This document shows positions 38,700 through 47,583 of a stretch of DNA of 64,000 bases, piece after piece. Every line of letters starts with the position of its first letter. Within the stretch, counting starts at the first letter, position 1. A program made the translations under genes and the position numbers. The stretch is from Bacillota bacterium (GTDB taxonomy: Bacteria; Bacillota_I; Bacilli_A; Acholeplasmatales; Acholeplasmataceae): the NCBI GenBank assembly GCA_043819945.1, contig JBDREH010000036.1, positions 82 through 64,081 of the forward strand, read 5' to 3'. The notes under the pieces are model-generated. The model had not been told where the DNA came from, did no database searches, and was given only the letters and a program-made list of their open reading frames with translations.

Positions 38700-41542
38700 T
38701 TACCATCGATTTCGCATGGATGATCTTTTATGGATTTGTCGCTATTACGGTGATTTTATTAGTTGCTATTGCAATTCAAAAGCGCATTAATTTTCGTGTT
38801 CTACGCTTAAAGGGACAGGCAAGAGATTACTTATTTAAGAAATACTTTGACCATGAGCAAACAGAAACTGGTTTGACCAGTCAGTTCTTTTTTGATGCCT
38901 ATATCGATATTGAAACACATGTAGAAATTGAACCTGAAGTCAGAAAGAAAGTAATTGAGGATCTAAGTTCAACGAAATTTGCACGAAAACAAATGCGAAG
39001 ATTGAATTCATGTAGTGTTATCAGAAGAAAGATCGCTATTTTTTATGTGAGCACCTTAGCTACGGATCGATCTTGGGCATTGCTGAATATGCGATTAAAT
39101 AAAGAAAGAAATGATAGTGTTCGCTTTTACTTAATCTATTCGATGATGAGCATCATCAATCCTGATATATTTGATAGAATAGTAAATAGTTTGATTGGTT
39201 CACACCCTAACTATCAAAGATGGATTCAAGCATTATTAAAAAATCATTACTCAAGTATTCAGACTTTTATACCTAACTATTATTCTGACCATCGTCCTGA
39301 AGTAATTAAGCTGCTGATTGCTTTAGCAGGAAATACATTTGACGAAGGTTTAAAAGAATACGCAATTAGAATTTTTCATGAATCAGTGTTAGATCTAGAC
39401 ATCAAATTGCTTGCAATAGAAGCGATTGCTAAAATGAATCCTCAAGAAATCGCAAACGATATCTTTTGCAAAAATGAAAATGATGCAATCAAGCGTGTAT
39501 CAATCCGTGCAGCTTCATCAATTGTCTCACAAGAAATGGTGGAGAATCTTGTTCAATCCATGGATGGATCACCATTAGATTTAGATCGCATCAATAGCCT
39601 GTCTAGAATAGTATATGAATCTACAGATTTACTCCTTTATGTACTTGAGTGGTATGATAGCACAAAAAATAGAAATCAACAATTAGCTATCGCTCATGTT
39701 TTATCGCATCGAATTGATTATTTGATGCTTAAAATTGATACTGAGGGGTATGAGCATATCATTGATATTTTAGAAGATATGCTAAATCTGCATATTATTG
39801 AGGATTTCATCGATTTTGTCAATGTCAACAAGAATTTGCCTATAGAAAATAAATTAGTTCCGCTCATTAGAAGTTGTGTTGCCAAGGATAAGTATCTTCT
39901 TGAAGAATTTTCTATATATTTAAAGGAAGATAAGCTAAAAAAAATAGGTATACCTAAGCTTAAGCAACCCGTTATCCCTCGAGATCCATCCCCTTTGGAA
40001 CGGTCAAAAATAATTTGGATTTCATCATGGATAGCCTTTGCTATTCTCGTGTTTCCATTGATATTTTTTATCACTCGATTTAAGATAATATTTAGTGGAA
40101 CAGTCAATGTTTTTGAATACTTAATCATAAGCATTAATAACTATCTTGTGATTTATTTTCTAGCAGCAAACCTTGTTTACCTGATTTTACTACTCATTTC
40201 AGTCAAAGGTTCTAAAGAACGACTTGATTTATGGAAGATTAAAAATCAGACCCTATTATTCGAACACGATGTGCTACCCAGCATTTCAATTGTTGCTCCA
40301 GCATATAATGAAGAAATTAGCATCATTGAAAGTGTTACATCCTTACTCAATTTGAAGTATCCTGTCTATGAAGTTATCGTTGTCAATGATGGATCGAAAG
40401 ATGATACCATCAATGTTTTAATCAAACACTTTAATCTTGAAAGAAAGCATCCATTCTTTAAGTTGAAACTTAAAACAAAAGCACTTCGAGGTGTTTATAT
40501 TAATAAAAACATCCCAAACTTGATTGTTATCGATAAGCAAAACGGGGGAAAAGCAGATGCTTTGAATCTTGGAATTAATGTAGCCAAAAATAACTATATT
40601 TGTGGGATAGATGCAGATTCATTACTTGAAGAAGATGCGCTTCTCAAACTCATGAGCATTACTTTGGATCATACAGTAGATCACATCGCATTAGGTGGGA
40701 ACATCGTTCCTGTTAATGGATGCATTGTTGATAAAGGAAAGATTGAACATAGTGGTTTAGGTAAAAACCAATTGGTTAGATTTCAAACCCTAGAGTATTT
40801 AAGAGCTTTTACAACTGGACGTATCGGTTGGTCAACAATCCATAGTCTTTTAATTATTTCAGGAGCATTTGGCTTATTTCAACGCAAAGCACTCCTTGAG
40901 ACAGGTGGTTATCTAACCATCAGTGGTGATTTAAAAAAAGACACAGTTGGGGAAGACATGGAGTTAGTCGTCAGATTAACTTATGAAGCTTTAAAAAAGA
41001 AGAATCCGTATAGAGTTGAATATGTTCATCATGCAAACTGCTTTACTGAACTTCCAAATGATTTACGTAGTCTTATGAAACAAAGAAACAGATGGCAAAG
41101 AGGCTTACTTGACATCTTGAGCTACCACCGCAAACTATTATTCAATCCCAGATATAAACAACCAGGAATGATTAGCTTTCCCTATTTTTTCATTTTTGAA
41201 ATGGTTGGTCCATTTCTAGAAATCATAGGCTATATCGCTTTAGTCATCGGATTATCATTTGGATTGTTAAACACTCCATTTGTCATTGTACTATTTGTTG
41301 CTACTATTGGATTTGGAATGGTTATCTCCCTATTTTCACTCTGGATTGCCGAAAAAAAGAATGTCTTTTATTCAAATAAAGAAACTGGTATACTAGTACT
41401 AACAGCTATTCTCGAAAACTTTGGATATAGACAATTAATGAGTTTGCAGCGTGTTTTCTCAACTTTTTCAGCTCTTAAAGAGAGTGGCTCTTGGGGAAGT
41501 CAAAAACGTCAAGGATTTATAAAAAATAATATTGAGGTATAA
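38696..41542 (+). CDS. HEAT-like repeat / processive GT2 glycosyltransferase fusion (PgaC/IcaA-like catalytic domain)
   Basis: N-terminal TM and long helical region; PAYNEE, VNDGSKD, GGKADALN, IDADS, EDMEL, QRNRW; C-terminal TMs. ATGA overlap with upstream stop. Confidence 0.85.
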   Translation: MITIDFAWMIFYGFVAITVILLVAIAIQKRINFRVLRLKGQARDYLFKKYFDHEQTETGLTSQFFFDAYIDIETHVEIEPEVRKKVIEDLSSTKFARKQMRRLNSCSVIRRKIAIFYVSTLATDRSWALLNMRLNKERNDSVRFYLIYSMMSIINPDIFDRIVNSLIGSHPNYQRWIQALLKNHYSSIQTFIPNYYSDHRPEVIKLLIALAGNTFDEGLKEYAIRIFHESVLDLDIKLLAIEAIAKMNPQEIANDIFCKNENDAIKRVSIRAASSIVSQEMVENLVQSMDGSPLDLDRINSLSRIVYESTDLLLYVLEWYDSTKNRNQQLAIAHVLSHRIDYLMLKIDTEGYEHIIDILEDMLNLHIIEDFIDFVNVNKNLPIENKLVPLIRSCVAKDKYLLEEFSIYLKEDKLKKIGIPKLKQPVIPRDPSPLERSKIIWISSWIAFAILVFPLIFFITRFKIIFSGTVNVFEYLIISINNYLVIYFLAANLVYLILLLISVKGSKERLDLWKIKNQTLLFEHDVLPSISIVAPAYNEEISIIESVTSLLNLKYPVYEVIVVNDGSKDDTINVLIKHFNLERKHPFFKLKLKTKALRGVYINKNIPNLIVIDKQNGGKADALNLGINVAKNNYICGIDADSLLEEDALLKLMSITLDHTVDHIALGGNIVPVNGCIVDKGKIEHSGLGKNQLVRFQTLEYLRAFTTGRIGWSTIHSLLIISGAFGLFQRKALLETGGYLTISGDLKKDTVGEDMELVVRLTYEALKKKNPYRVEYVHHANCFTELPNDLRSLMKQRNRWQRGLLDILSYHRKLLFNPRYKQPGMISFPYFFIFEMVGPFLEIIGYIALVIGLSFGLLNTPFVIVLFVATIGFGMVISLFSLWIAEKKNVFYSNKETGILVLTAILENFGYRQLMSLQRVFSTFSALKESGSWGSQKRQGFIKNNIEV

Positions 41543-41543
41543 A

Positions 41544-42449
41544 ATGAAAACGATTGATCAACTAAAAGTTCTATTTGAATCCTTTCATGAAGCGATTTAT
41601 ATAGTAGATAAAGAAAGAAAAATTCTCTATTTCAACCCAATTGCCTCGTTAATCAGTGGCTATAGCAAGGATGAAATGGTGAACTCTTTCTGTTTTGATC
41701 ATCGGCTAAACCACATAGATGATGAAGGAAACAAATTATGTCAAGCTGGTTGCCCACTTATTGAAAGTATAGCTGCAAACAAGGTTAGCGAGAATTTTAT
41801 TTTTCTTCATCATAAGAATGGGCATCGTGTTAGAGTTCATGTTAAAGCCATACCTTATGAGGAAAATGGTGAAGTCGTTGGAGCTATTGAAGTCTTCACA
41901 GATGTCACTGAAAAAAACTTATTACTTGAAGAAATAATGATTCAAAAGAGATTGACAATGTTAGACCCTTTAACTGGTCTTTTCAATCGTCGTTTCTTAA
42001 ATGAAGAATTTCCTAATATTGCAAAAGGTATTCATAAGGATGATAAGTTAGGTATCTTATTTATTGATATCGACGAGTTTAAACAAAAAAATGATCGCTT
42101 CGGACATTTGATTGGTGATGAGATTCTTAAAACAATTTCAAAAACAATTCAATATAATCTAAAGGCTAACGATTTTGTTATTCGATATGGCGGTGACGAG
42201 ATTTTAGTATTGCTTAGAAATATTGACCAGGAAAATGTTGAATTTATGGCAGAAAAATTAAGAATACTCGTTAAAAATTCAGGTTCAAGAGATTTAGATG
42301 AGCAGATCAAGATAACCATATCTGTTGGAGCTACCATCTTAGCTAGCAATGAAAGTCTTTTACAAGCCATCAATAGAGCAGATCATGCAATGTATCTTGC
42401 AAAAAGTCAAGGAAATAACCAAGTTGTTTTTATTGGTAAAGAATACTAA
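41544..42449 (+). CDS. PAS-domain diguanylate cyclase
   Basis: PAS N-terminus; DPLTGLFNRR, DIDEFK..ND.FGH.IGD, RYGGDE, ISVG, RADHAMY.AK. Confidence 0.92.
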   Translation: MKTIDQLKVLFESFHEAIYIVDKERKILYFNPIASLISGYSKDEMVNSFCFDHRLNHIDDEGNKLCQAGCPLIESIAANKVSENFIFLHHKNGHRVRVHVKAIPYEENGEVVGAIEVFTDVTEKNLLLEEIMIQKRLTMLDPLTGLFNRRFLNEEFPNIAKGIHKDDKLGILFIDIDEFKQKNDRFGHLIGDEILKTISKTIQYNLKANDFVIRYGGDEILVLLRNIDQENVEFMAEKLRILVKNSGSRDLDEQIKITISVGATILASNESLLQAINRADHAMYLAKSQGNNQVVFIGKEY

Positions 42450-42654
42450 ATTAATAAAAATTTGTAAAGGTGTTGCATAGATTTATCAATTGCATTGATA
42501 CATATTATATTTATCCACTAAATCAGAAATAAATGGTAACAAAGTGCACTTCGCTGTTGAAGAAATCTACAAAATTGAGCGATAGAAATTACCACAAAAA
42601 TAAATTTCACTATTCGTAATATCCAAAGTTGTTATAACATCAGAATTCTCATTT

Positions 42655-42679
42655 AAAGGGCTGCGCCCTTTTCTTTTTT
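42655..42679 (+). terminator. Intrinsic terminator upstream of rlmD promoter
   Basis: aaagggc-tgc-gcccttt then T run; TGtTATAAT follows at about 42682-42690. Confidence 0.7.
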
Positions 42680-42707
42680 GGTGTTATAATGAGAGTAGAG
42701 GTAACTT

Positions 42708-44003
42708 ATGGAAATCACATGTTTAAAGTTAAATGACTTAACCGAATCTGTTTGCGAAAACAATTTTAAGGTTCGCTATATGCTACCAAATGAAAAAGCA
42801 GAATTTATCAACAGGAAAAATAAAGTCATTCATGAACACGATATTATTGTTCCATCTATTCATCGAACAAGAGTCATTTGTCCGATTTTTTTTGAGTGTG
42901 GAGGATGTGATTTTCTACATATCAAATATGATGAGCAGCTAAGAATGAAGACTGATTTAATCTATAAACTATTTCTACGTAACAATATAAATATAAATAT
43001 ACAACCCATAGTAAAAAATGAAAAACCGCTTAATTATAGACATAAAGTTGTAGCAAGTGCTACGACTAAAAACAAGAAACTGAGATTAGGACTTTATCAG
43101 GAAAACAGTAAAATCATCCTTCCATTTTTGGATTGTTATATACAGGATAAAGATGCAAACGATGTCTTAAGGACGGTGGAAGGATTACTCAATAAGTACA
43201 AAATTCCTGCTTATGACCTTGACAAGGAAACTGGAATGATTAAGCATATCTTAATACGTAAATCATATAAGTCACAAAAAATACTAGTCGTTGTTGTTAC
43301 TCAAGGATATCTATTACCGAATGCAAAAAAAATTGCTTCAGAATTGGTAAATAGTCATCCCAGGATTCAAACAGTCATTCAAAATATTCACAATAAAAAG
43401 ACTAAACTAGTGCTTTTAGATGATGAAAAAATCATTTTTGGAAGAGGATACATCGAAGACGAAATTGATGGGATAAGCTTTAGATTATCATCAAAATCTT
43501 TCTATCAAGTCAATCCAATGCAAATGATAAAGCTTTATCATCTTACTTTAGATATGGCTGATATTAAACCTGATGATGTCGTTATGGACACATATTCCGG
43601 TATTGGTACTATCTCGTTACTTGCTGCAAAGAAGGCTAAGGAAGTCATCGCAATCGAATCAAATCTCTCATCACACCTGGATGCGATGAATAATAAAAAA
43701 AATAGCCAGATGACTAATATTTCATTTTTTAATGATGATGTTGAAAACTTCATAAGAAATTATCAAGGCAAGGTTGATTGTCTCATTATGGATCCTACAA
43801 GAGAAGGATCGTCTGAAGGCTTTCTCAATGCAGTACTAAAGCTTTGTCCTAAAAAAATTATCTATATTTCATGTGAACCAAGAACTCAAGTTAGAGATAT
43901 GTTAATCTTAATGAAATCATATGTTCCGATCTCTTTACAACCCGTTGATATGTTTTCGCAAACTGCTCACGTGGAAACTATATCATTGCTTTTACTAAAA
44001 TAG
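42708..44003 (+). CDS. rlmD: 23S rRNA (uracil-5)-methyltransferase RlmD/RumA
   Basis: CPIFFECGGCD Fe-S motif, NYRHK, SFYQVN, DTYSGIG, MDPTR, YISC, DMFSQTAHVE. Confidence 0.93.
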   Translation: MEITCLKLNDLTESVCENNFKVRYMLPNEKAEFINRKNKVIHEHDIIVPSIHRTRVICPIFFECGGCDFLHIKYDEQLRMKTDLIYKLFLRNNININIQPIVKNEKPLNYRHKVVASATTKNKKLRLGLYQENSKIILPFLDCYIQDKDANDVLRTVEGLLNKYKIPAYDLDKETGMIKHILIRKSYKSQKILVVVVTQGYLLPNAKKIASELVNSHPRIQTVIQNIHNKKTKLVLLDDEKIIFGRGYIEDEIDGISFRLSSKSFYQVNPMQMIKLYHLTLDMADIKPDDVVMDTYSGIGTISLLAAKKAKEVIAIESNLSSHLDAMNNKKNSQMTNISFFNDDVENFIRNYQGKVDCLIMDPTREGSSEGFLNAVLKLCPKKIIYISCEPRTQVRDMLILMKSYVPISLQPVDMFSQTAHVETISLLLLK

Positions 44004-44077
44004 CACTTGTTATATACTTGACACATACTTGGCAACGTTTTTTAAATCAACCCAAATATAACAAATCCAATAAAGAC

Positions 44078-44118
44078 AGCCATCAGATACCTTCAAAAAG
44101 GGTCCGATGGCTTTTTTT
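44078..44118 (+). terminator. Intrinsic terminator after rlmD
   Basis: agccatc...gatggct stem with inner cctt/aagg, then T7. Confidence 0.75.
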
Positions 44119-44144
44119 CTCTATATGAGCAAATTTTGTCTTTT

Positions 44145-44224
44145 GTGGAAACATATTTTAGCCTAAAAAAGCAACGAAAACAGAGGTTAACCTCGTGAGT
44201 GGAAACATATTTGCTTCTAAAAAA
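44145..44224 (+). repeat. Two 26-bp direct repeats resembling the rlmD 3' end (att-like)
   Basis: gtggaaacatattt-tagc-ctaaaaaa (44145-44170) and gtggaaacatattt-gctt-ctaaaaaa (44199-44224); rlmD has gtggaaactatatcattgcttttactaaaa from 43971. Confidence 0.75.
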
Positions 44225-44226
44225 AA

Positions 44227-45945
44227 TCAAATAATAACCACTCGATACTTCATGATTCTATCGTATTTTTCGCTTCTATAGGATCCTTCAGCAAGGGGTG
44301 TCAAGGCTTCAAATTCATGTCGTCTTTCGGAGAATTCTTTATCTCCATAATTCTTGCTACCAGCTATACAGAATACAACTTCATCAGGTTTTACGGAGAT
44401 CATCTTGAAGATGAATGATCGCAGTATATCGCCATCTACCTCTGTAATGGAATCATTGAGTTGATTCAATGTAGTTTCGATTTTTGCTAATCTTGAACGT
44501 GTATCATAGTTCGCAATGTAGTGTGCTTCAAGCTTCTGAATCTCTACTTGGTTTGTCTTTAGTTGATTCGTAAATCCCATGTACTTTTGATTGAAGTCTA
44601 ACTCGGATAAGTTTGGGTTTTTTATTTGCACATCTATCAAGTTTGATATCAATTTTTCAATGTTCTCATTTTCAGTTCGAAGCTCATCTATTCTCATCTC
44701 AACATCCGTTATTTTGATTGTTGATTGAATGATTTTTTGAATAGTTGGAATTATCATTCTATCTGCAAGAAAGACTTCATTAATCATTTCTATGGTTGCT
44801 CCTTCGAGAAGTTCTTGGTATGTGGCCTTAGCTTTACAATTTGCTTTGCCATCAATATAACCACCACATTGTTGCATGACTCGTTCAGCGGGAGTTCCGT
44901 AGTTCCAATATCTCCGTTTAAGTGTTCTACCACACTCTGAACAAATGATGAATGCCGAGAATGGATAAGTCGCATTGTATTTAGCTAAGTTTTTATCTTT
45001 GCCCACTCTAACTCGGCCACGATCCTTTCTGATCTGTTGAGCGATTAGGAAGGTTTCTTTATCGATGATAGCTTCGTGTGAATGCTCTGTATGAAATTTT
45101 GGTGCAATATCGTTATTTTGGACTTTACGATGTGTTAGGTAATCGATCGTAATTGTTTTTTGCTGAACAAGGTCACCAGTATACTTTTCGTTTTTAAGAA
45201 TACTAGCAACTGTCGACATACTCCATTTGGTTGCACCAGCACCAGTCTTAGCTCCGATGGATTCCATGTGTTTAGCAATATTTGCTGGACCCACTCCATT
45301 GATGTACATTTGAAAGACGATACGAACTGAATCTGCTTCATTCGGTTCAACAACCAGGTTACCGCCTTTTTTCTCTTTAGTGTACCCAAGAAACCTAGAA
45401 TGATTCACGATAGGGATTCCGTTATTAAAACGCTTCTGAACGTTCCATTTGACGTTCTCACTCACGTTTCTAGCTTCCTCTTGAGCAATCGATGACATGA
45501 TGGTAAGTGTAAAGTCTACTTTTGGGTCTGAGGAGTAGATGTTTTCTTTTTCAAAATAGATTTCTACATGGATTGCTCGCATTTCTCTAATATAGTTTAG
45601 GCAATCAACTGTGTTTCTTGCGAATCTTGAAATGGACTTTGTAATGACTAAATCAATCTCACCTCTACGTGCAGCATCCATCATATCGTTAAATTGTTTT
45701 CTATGCTTGGTGGAAGTGCCACTGATGCCCTCGTCTGCGTAGATTCCACAGAATATCCACTCTGGATTATTCTGAATTCTTGACGTGTATTCCTCGGTTT
45801 GGGCAATGTAACTTGTCTTCTGTTCCTCGTTGTCGGTTGAGACACGAACATAGGCACAGACGCGTTTTTTGAGCGGTTTGGGAATCAATCCTGTTGAATC
45901 GTAAGCTGGCTTTGGTTGTATAATTCTGACTTGTTTGTTTTGCAT
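44227..45945 (-). CDS. Large serine recombinase (integrase)
   Basis: AYVRVST, YADEGISGT, TKSISRFARN, recombinase domain (FLGY, ILKNEKYTG), zinc ribbon CSECG...CGG...C, coiled coil; AAGGAGG RBS. Confidence 0.95.
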   Translation of the reverse strand: MQNKQVRIIQPKPAYDSTGLIPKPLKKRVCAYVRVSTDNEEQKTSYIAQTEEYTSRIQNNPEWIFCGIYADEGISGTSTKHRKQFNDMMDAARRGEIDLVITKSISRFARNTVDCLNYIREMRAIHVEIYFEKENIYSSDPKVDFTLTIMSSIAQEEARNVSENVKWNVQKRFNNGIPIVNHSRFLGYTKEKKGGNLVVEPNEADSVRIVFQMYINGVGPANIAKHMESIGAKTGAGATKWSMSTVASILKNEKYTGDLVQQKTITIDYLTHRKVQNNDIAPKFHTEHSHEAIIDKETFLIAQQIRKDRGRVRVGKDKNLAKYNATYPFSAFIICSECGRTLKRRYWNYGTPAERVMQQCGGYIDGKANCKAKATYQELLEGATIEMINEVFLADRMIIPTIQKIIQSTIKITDVEMRIDELRTENENIEKLISNLIDVQIKNPNLSELDFNQKYMGFTNQLKTNQVEIQKLEAHYIANYDTRSRLAKIETTLNQLNDSITEVDGDILRSFIFKMISVKPDEVVFCIAGSKNYGDKEFSERRHEFEALTPLAEGSYRSEKYDRIMKYRVVII

Positions 45946-45968
45946 AATATTTCCTCCTTTGTTAGTAC

Positions 45969-46002
45969 ATATACATCACTCTAAAAGCAATGAATAGCAA
46001 GT
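45969..46002 (-). promoter_or_regulatory. Element-specific promoter-like motif upstream of integrase
   Basis: ACTTGCTATT-N8-TTAGAGTGATGTATAT; 25/34 identical to the plus-strand copy at 61981-62014. Confidence 0.6.
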
Positions 46003-46012
46003 GAATAAGCGA

Positions 46013-46171
46013 TTAATCGTTGCTTTGTATGATTTTGTAGTGAGCTTTCAATCGTGTCAGAACAATTCTGTATTCATCTTCAGTAATAAGTTTATCCATA
46101 TATAGATTAAAGACAACTTTTGCAGAGTATTCATATTTCATTTGATTGGTCACTATCTCTTTCTTTTTCAT
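46013..46171 (-). CDS. Small SHOCT-like protein (52 aa) upstream of integrase; absent from ORF track
   Basis: Translated by hand: MKKKEIVTNQMKYEYSAKVVFNLYMDKLITEDEYRIVLTRLKAHYKIIQSND; AAGGA RBS; LITEDEY..v SHOCT-like core. Confidence 0.7.
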   Translation of the reverse strand: MKKKEIVTNQMKYEYSAKVVFNLYMDKLITEDEYRIVLTRLKAHYKIIQSND

Positions 46172-46194
46172 CGTTTTCCTTTCCGAAGGATAAA

Positions 46195-46224
46195 AAGAAA
46201 AAAAGGAATTGCCAAAGCAATCCC
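46195..46224 (-). terminator. Intrinsic terminator downstream of repressor gene
   Basis: Minus strand GGGATTGC-TTTG-GCAATTCC followed by T run. Confidence 0.8.
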
Positions 46225-46341
46225 TAGGGAAAGTGCGTGCCTTATGAGCACTGAGTTTGTGACACCGCCTAACCTACCAAAAGTAGTTTATCACTATCTA
46301 AAAATTAAAACTACATGCCAGTGGCACAAACGTAATCTGTT

Positions 46342-46938
46342 TTAAAAGAAATTAGGTATTTGAAATTCTTTTGAAATGGTACCCGCACAGATTCCTGTTA
46401 TTATAATGTTTTCTGCTTGAGATTTTGTAAAGTTAAGTATTTCATCATTAATAAAGAAACTACCACTGCCATCTATGTTGTAAAATATCTTTGAGACATA
46501 TGGACGGCTGTAATATTCAAAGAGCATCACATGGTTTTTATGATACGTCTGTGTGCGCCAGAAGAAGTCTATCTTGTGCTCATTATATCTCACCAGAATG
46601 ACATCATCATATTCTGTATTGATACTGGAGGGTAATACACGCTTGAGTTCCTTCTCAATAATTTCATAGGTTCTAAAAGCGAGTTTGTTGTCACTTTTGT
46701 TTGAGAATGGATTACCAGTTATATGATCAACAGAAATACCGTAAAAGTTTGAGAGCTTGATTAAATCGTGAATCCCGATTTCCCTAGAGCCATTCTCATA
46801 ATTGAGATAACCCTGTCGGGATTTTTTTATGACGTTGGCTACATGAGTCGTAGTCAAGTTGTGAGCTAAGCGTAATCTTTTCAAATTCTCACAAATGAAC
46901 AAATTATTAAAATCATCTTCTGTATTCAATTTAACCAT
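46342..46938 (-). CDS. XRE-family HTH regulator, probable element repressor
   Basis: NLKRLR....LTTTHVA..I..SRQGY.NYENG.RE...DLIKLS.FYGISVD.ITG; divergent from a second XRE. Confidence 0.88.
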   Translation of the reverse strand: MVKLNTEDDFNNLFICENLKRLRLAHNLTTTHVANVIKKSRQGYLNYENGSREIGIHDLIKLSNFYGISVDHITGNPFSNKSDNKLAFRTYEIIEKELKRVLPSSINTEYDDVILVRYNEHKIDFFWRTQTYHKNHVMLFEYYSRPYVSKIFYNIDGSGSFFINDEILNFTKSQAENIIITGICAGTISKEFQIPNFF

Positions 46939-46975
46939 GGAGGGTACCTCTTCAAATTCTATATTTTTCGCGAGA

Positions 46976-47023
46976 ATGATACCACAACAAATGTTGACAA
47001 GTCAATGATAATGTCGACAATAA
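46976..47023. promoter_or_regulatory. Immunity-region promoter with paired ATGTYGACAA operators
   Basis: Minus strand: TTGACT(47005-47000)-18-TATCAT(46981-76) with TG. ATGTTGACAA at 46991-47000 and ATGTCGACAA at 47011-47020. Confidence 0.6.
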
Positions 47024-47173
47024 CTATCAATTCAATATTAAAAATAAGGGTTTTCTGCTATTTGGGAACTCTTTTTGTTGCTATAACGATATTGCTCTTG
47101 TAAGTTATTTTTTGAAAGAATCCTTTCTCATATAATCAAGTCACCATCGAAAATGATGAAAGGAGGACAATTC

Positions 47174-47467
47174 ATGCCTGTTAATGGAACAGGGAAAGTT
47201 CAGAACCGTGACCAAGCAACACCACTACCAAGGTTTTATCTGATTGAACATCGAAATAATCTCGGATTATCGGTTGAAGAAGTGTCAAGATTGCTTAACC
47301 TCTCTCACTATTATTACTACCAAATCGAAAGTGGTCGAAGAGGACAAAAATTACCGATTCCACTTGTTTTAGAACTCATTCGAGTGTTGCAAATCGATGC
47401 AATCAAATTTTTAGAATTAGAAAGTGAACATGTCAAGAAACATAACGAATTCAATCGGATGAAATAA
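47174..47467 (+). CDS. XRE/Cro-like HTH protein
   Basis: LIEHRNNLGLSVEEVSRLLNLS..YY.QIESG.R; AGGAGG RBS gives ATG 47174. Confidence 0.85.
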   Translation: MPVNGTGKVQNRDQATPLPRFYLIEHRNNLGLSVEEVSRLLNLSHYYYYQIESGRRGQKLPIPLVLELIRVLQIDAIKFLELESEHVKKHNEFNRMK

Positions 47468-47583
47468 AAAGACGCCAAGTTTGTACTTGGGATACAAACC
47501 TGGCCAGTAGAAAAGCGACCGCCCTTCTACAATTCCGATTATACAACTCATTACAAATTTAACATACCATTGAAAGGATAAAA

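Noticed and set aside
42511-42619. DnaA-box-like ttatccac and a 28-codon ORF at 42533
   Set aside because: Single imperfect box; the ORF lacks an RBS.
46142-46345. Plus-strand 67-aa ORF from the track
   Set aside because: Overlaps a minus-strand terminator and the better-supported minus-strand 52-aa ORF; no RBS.
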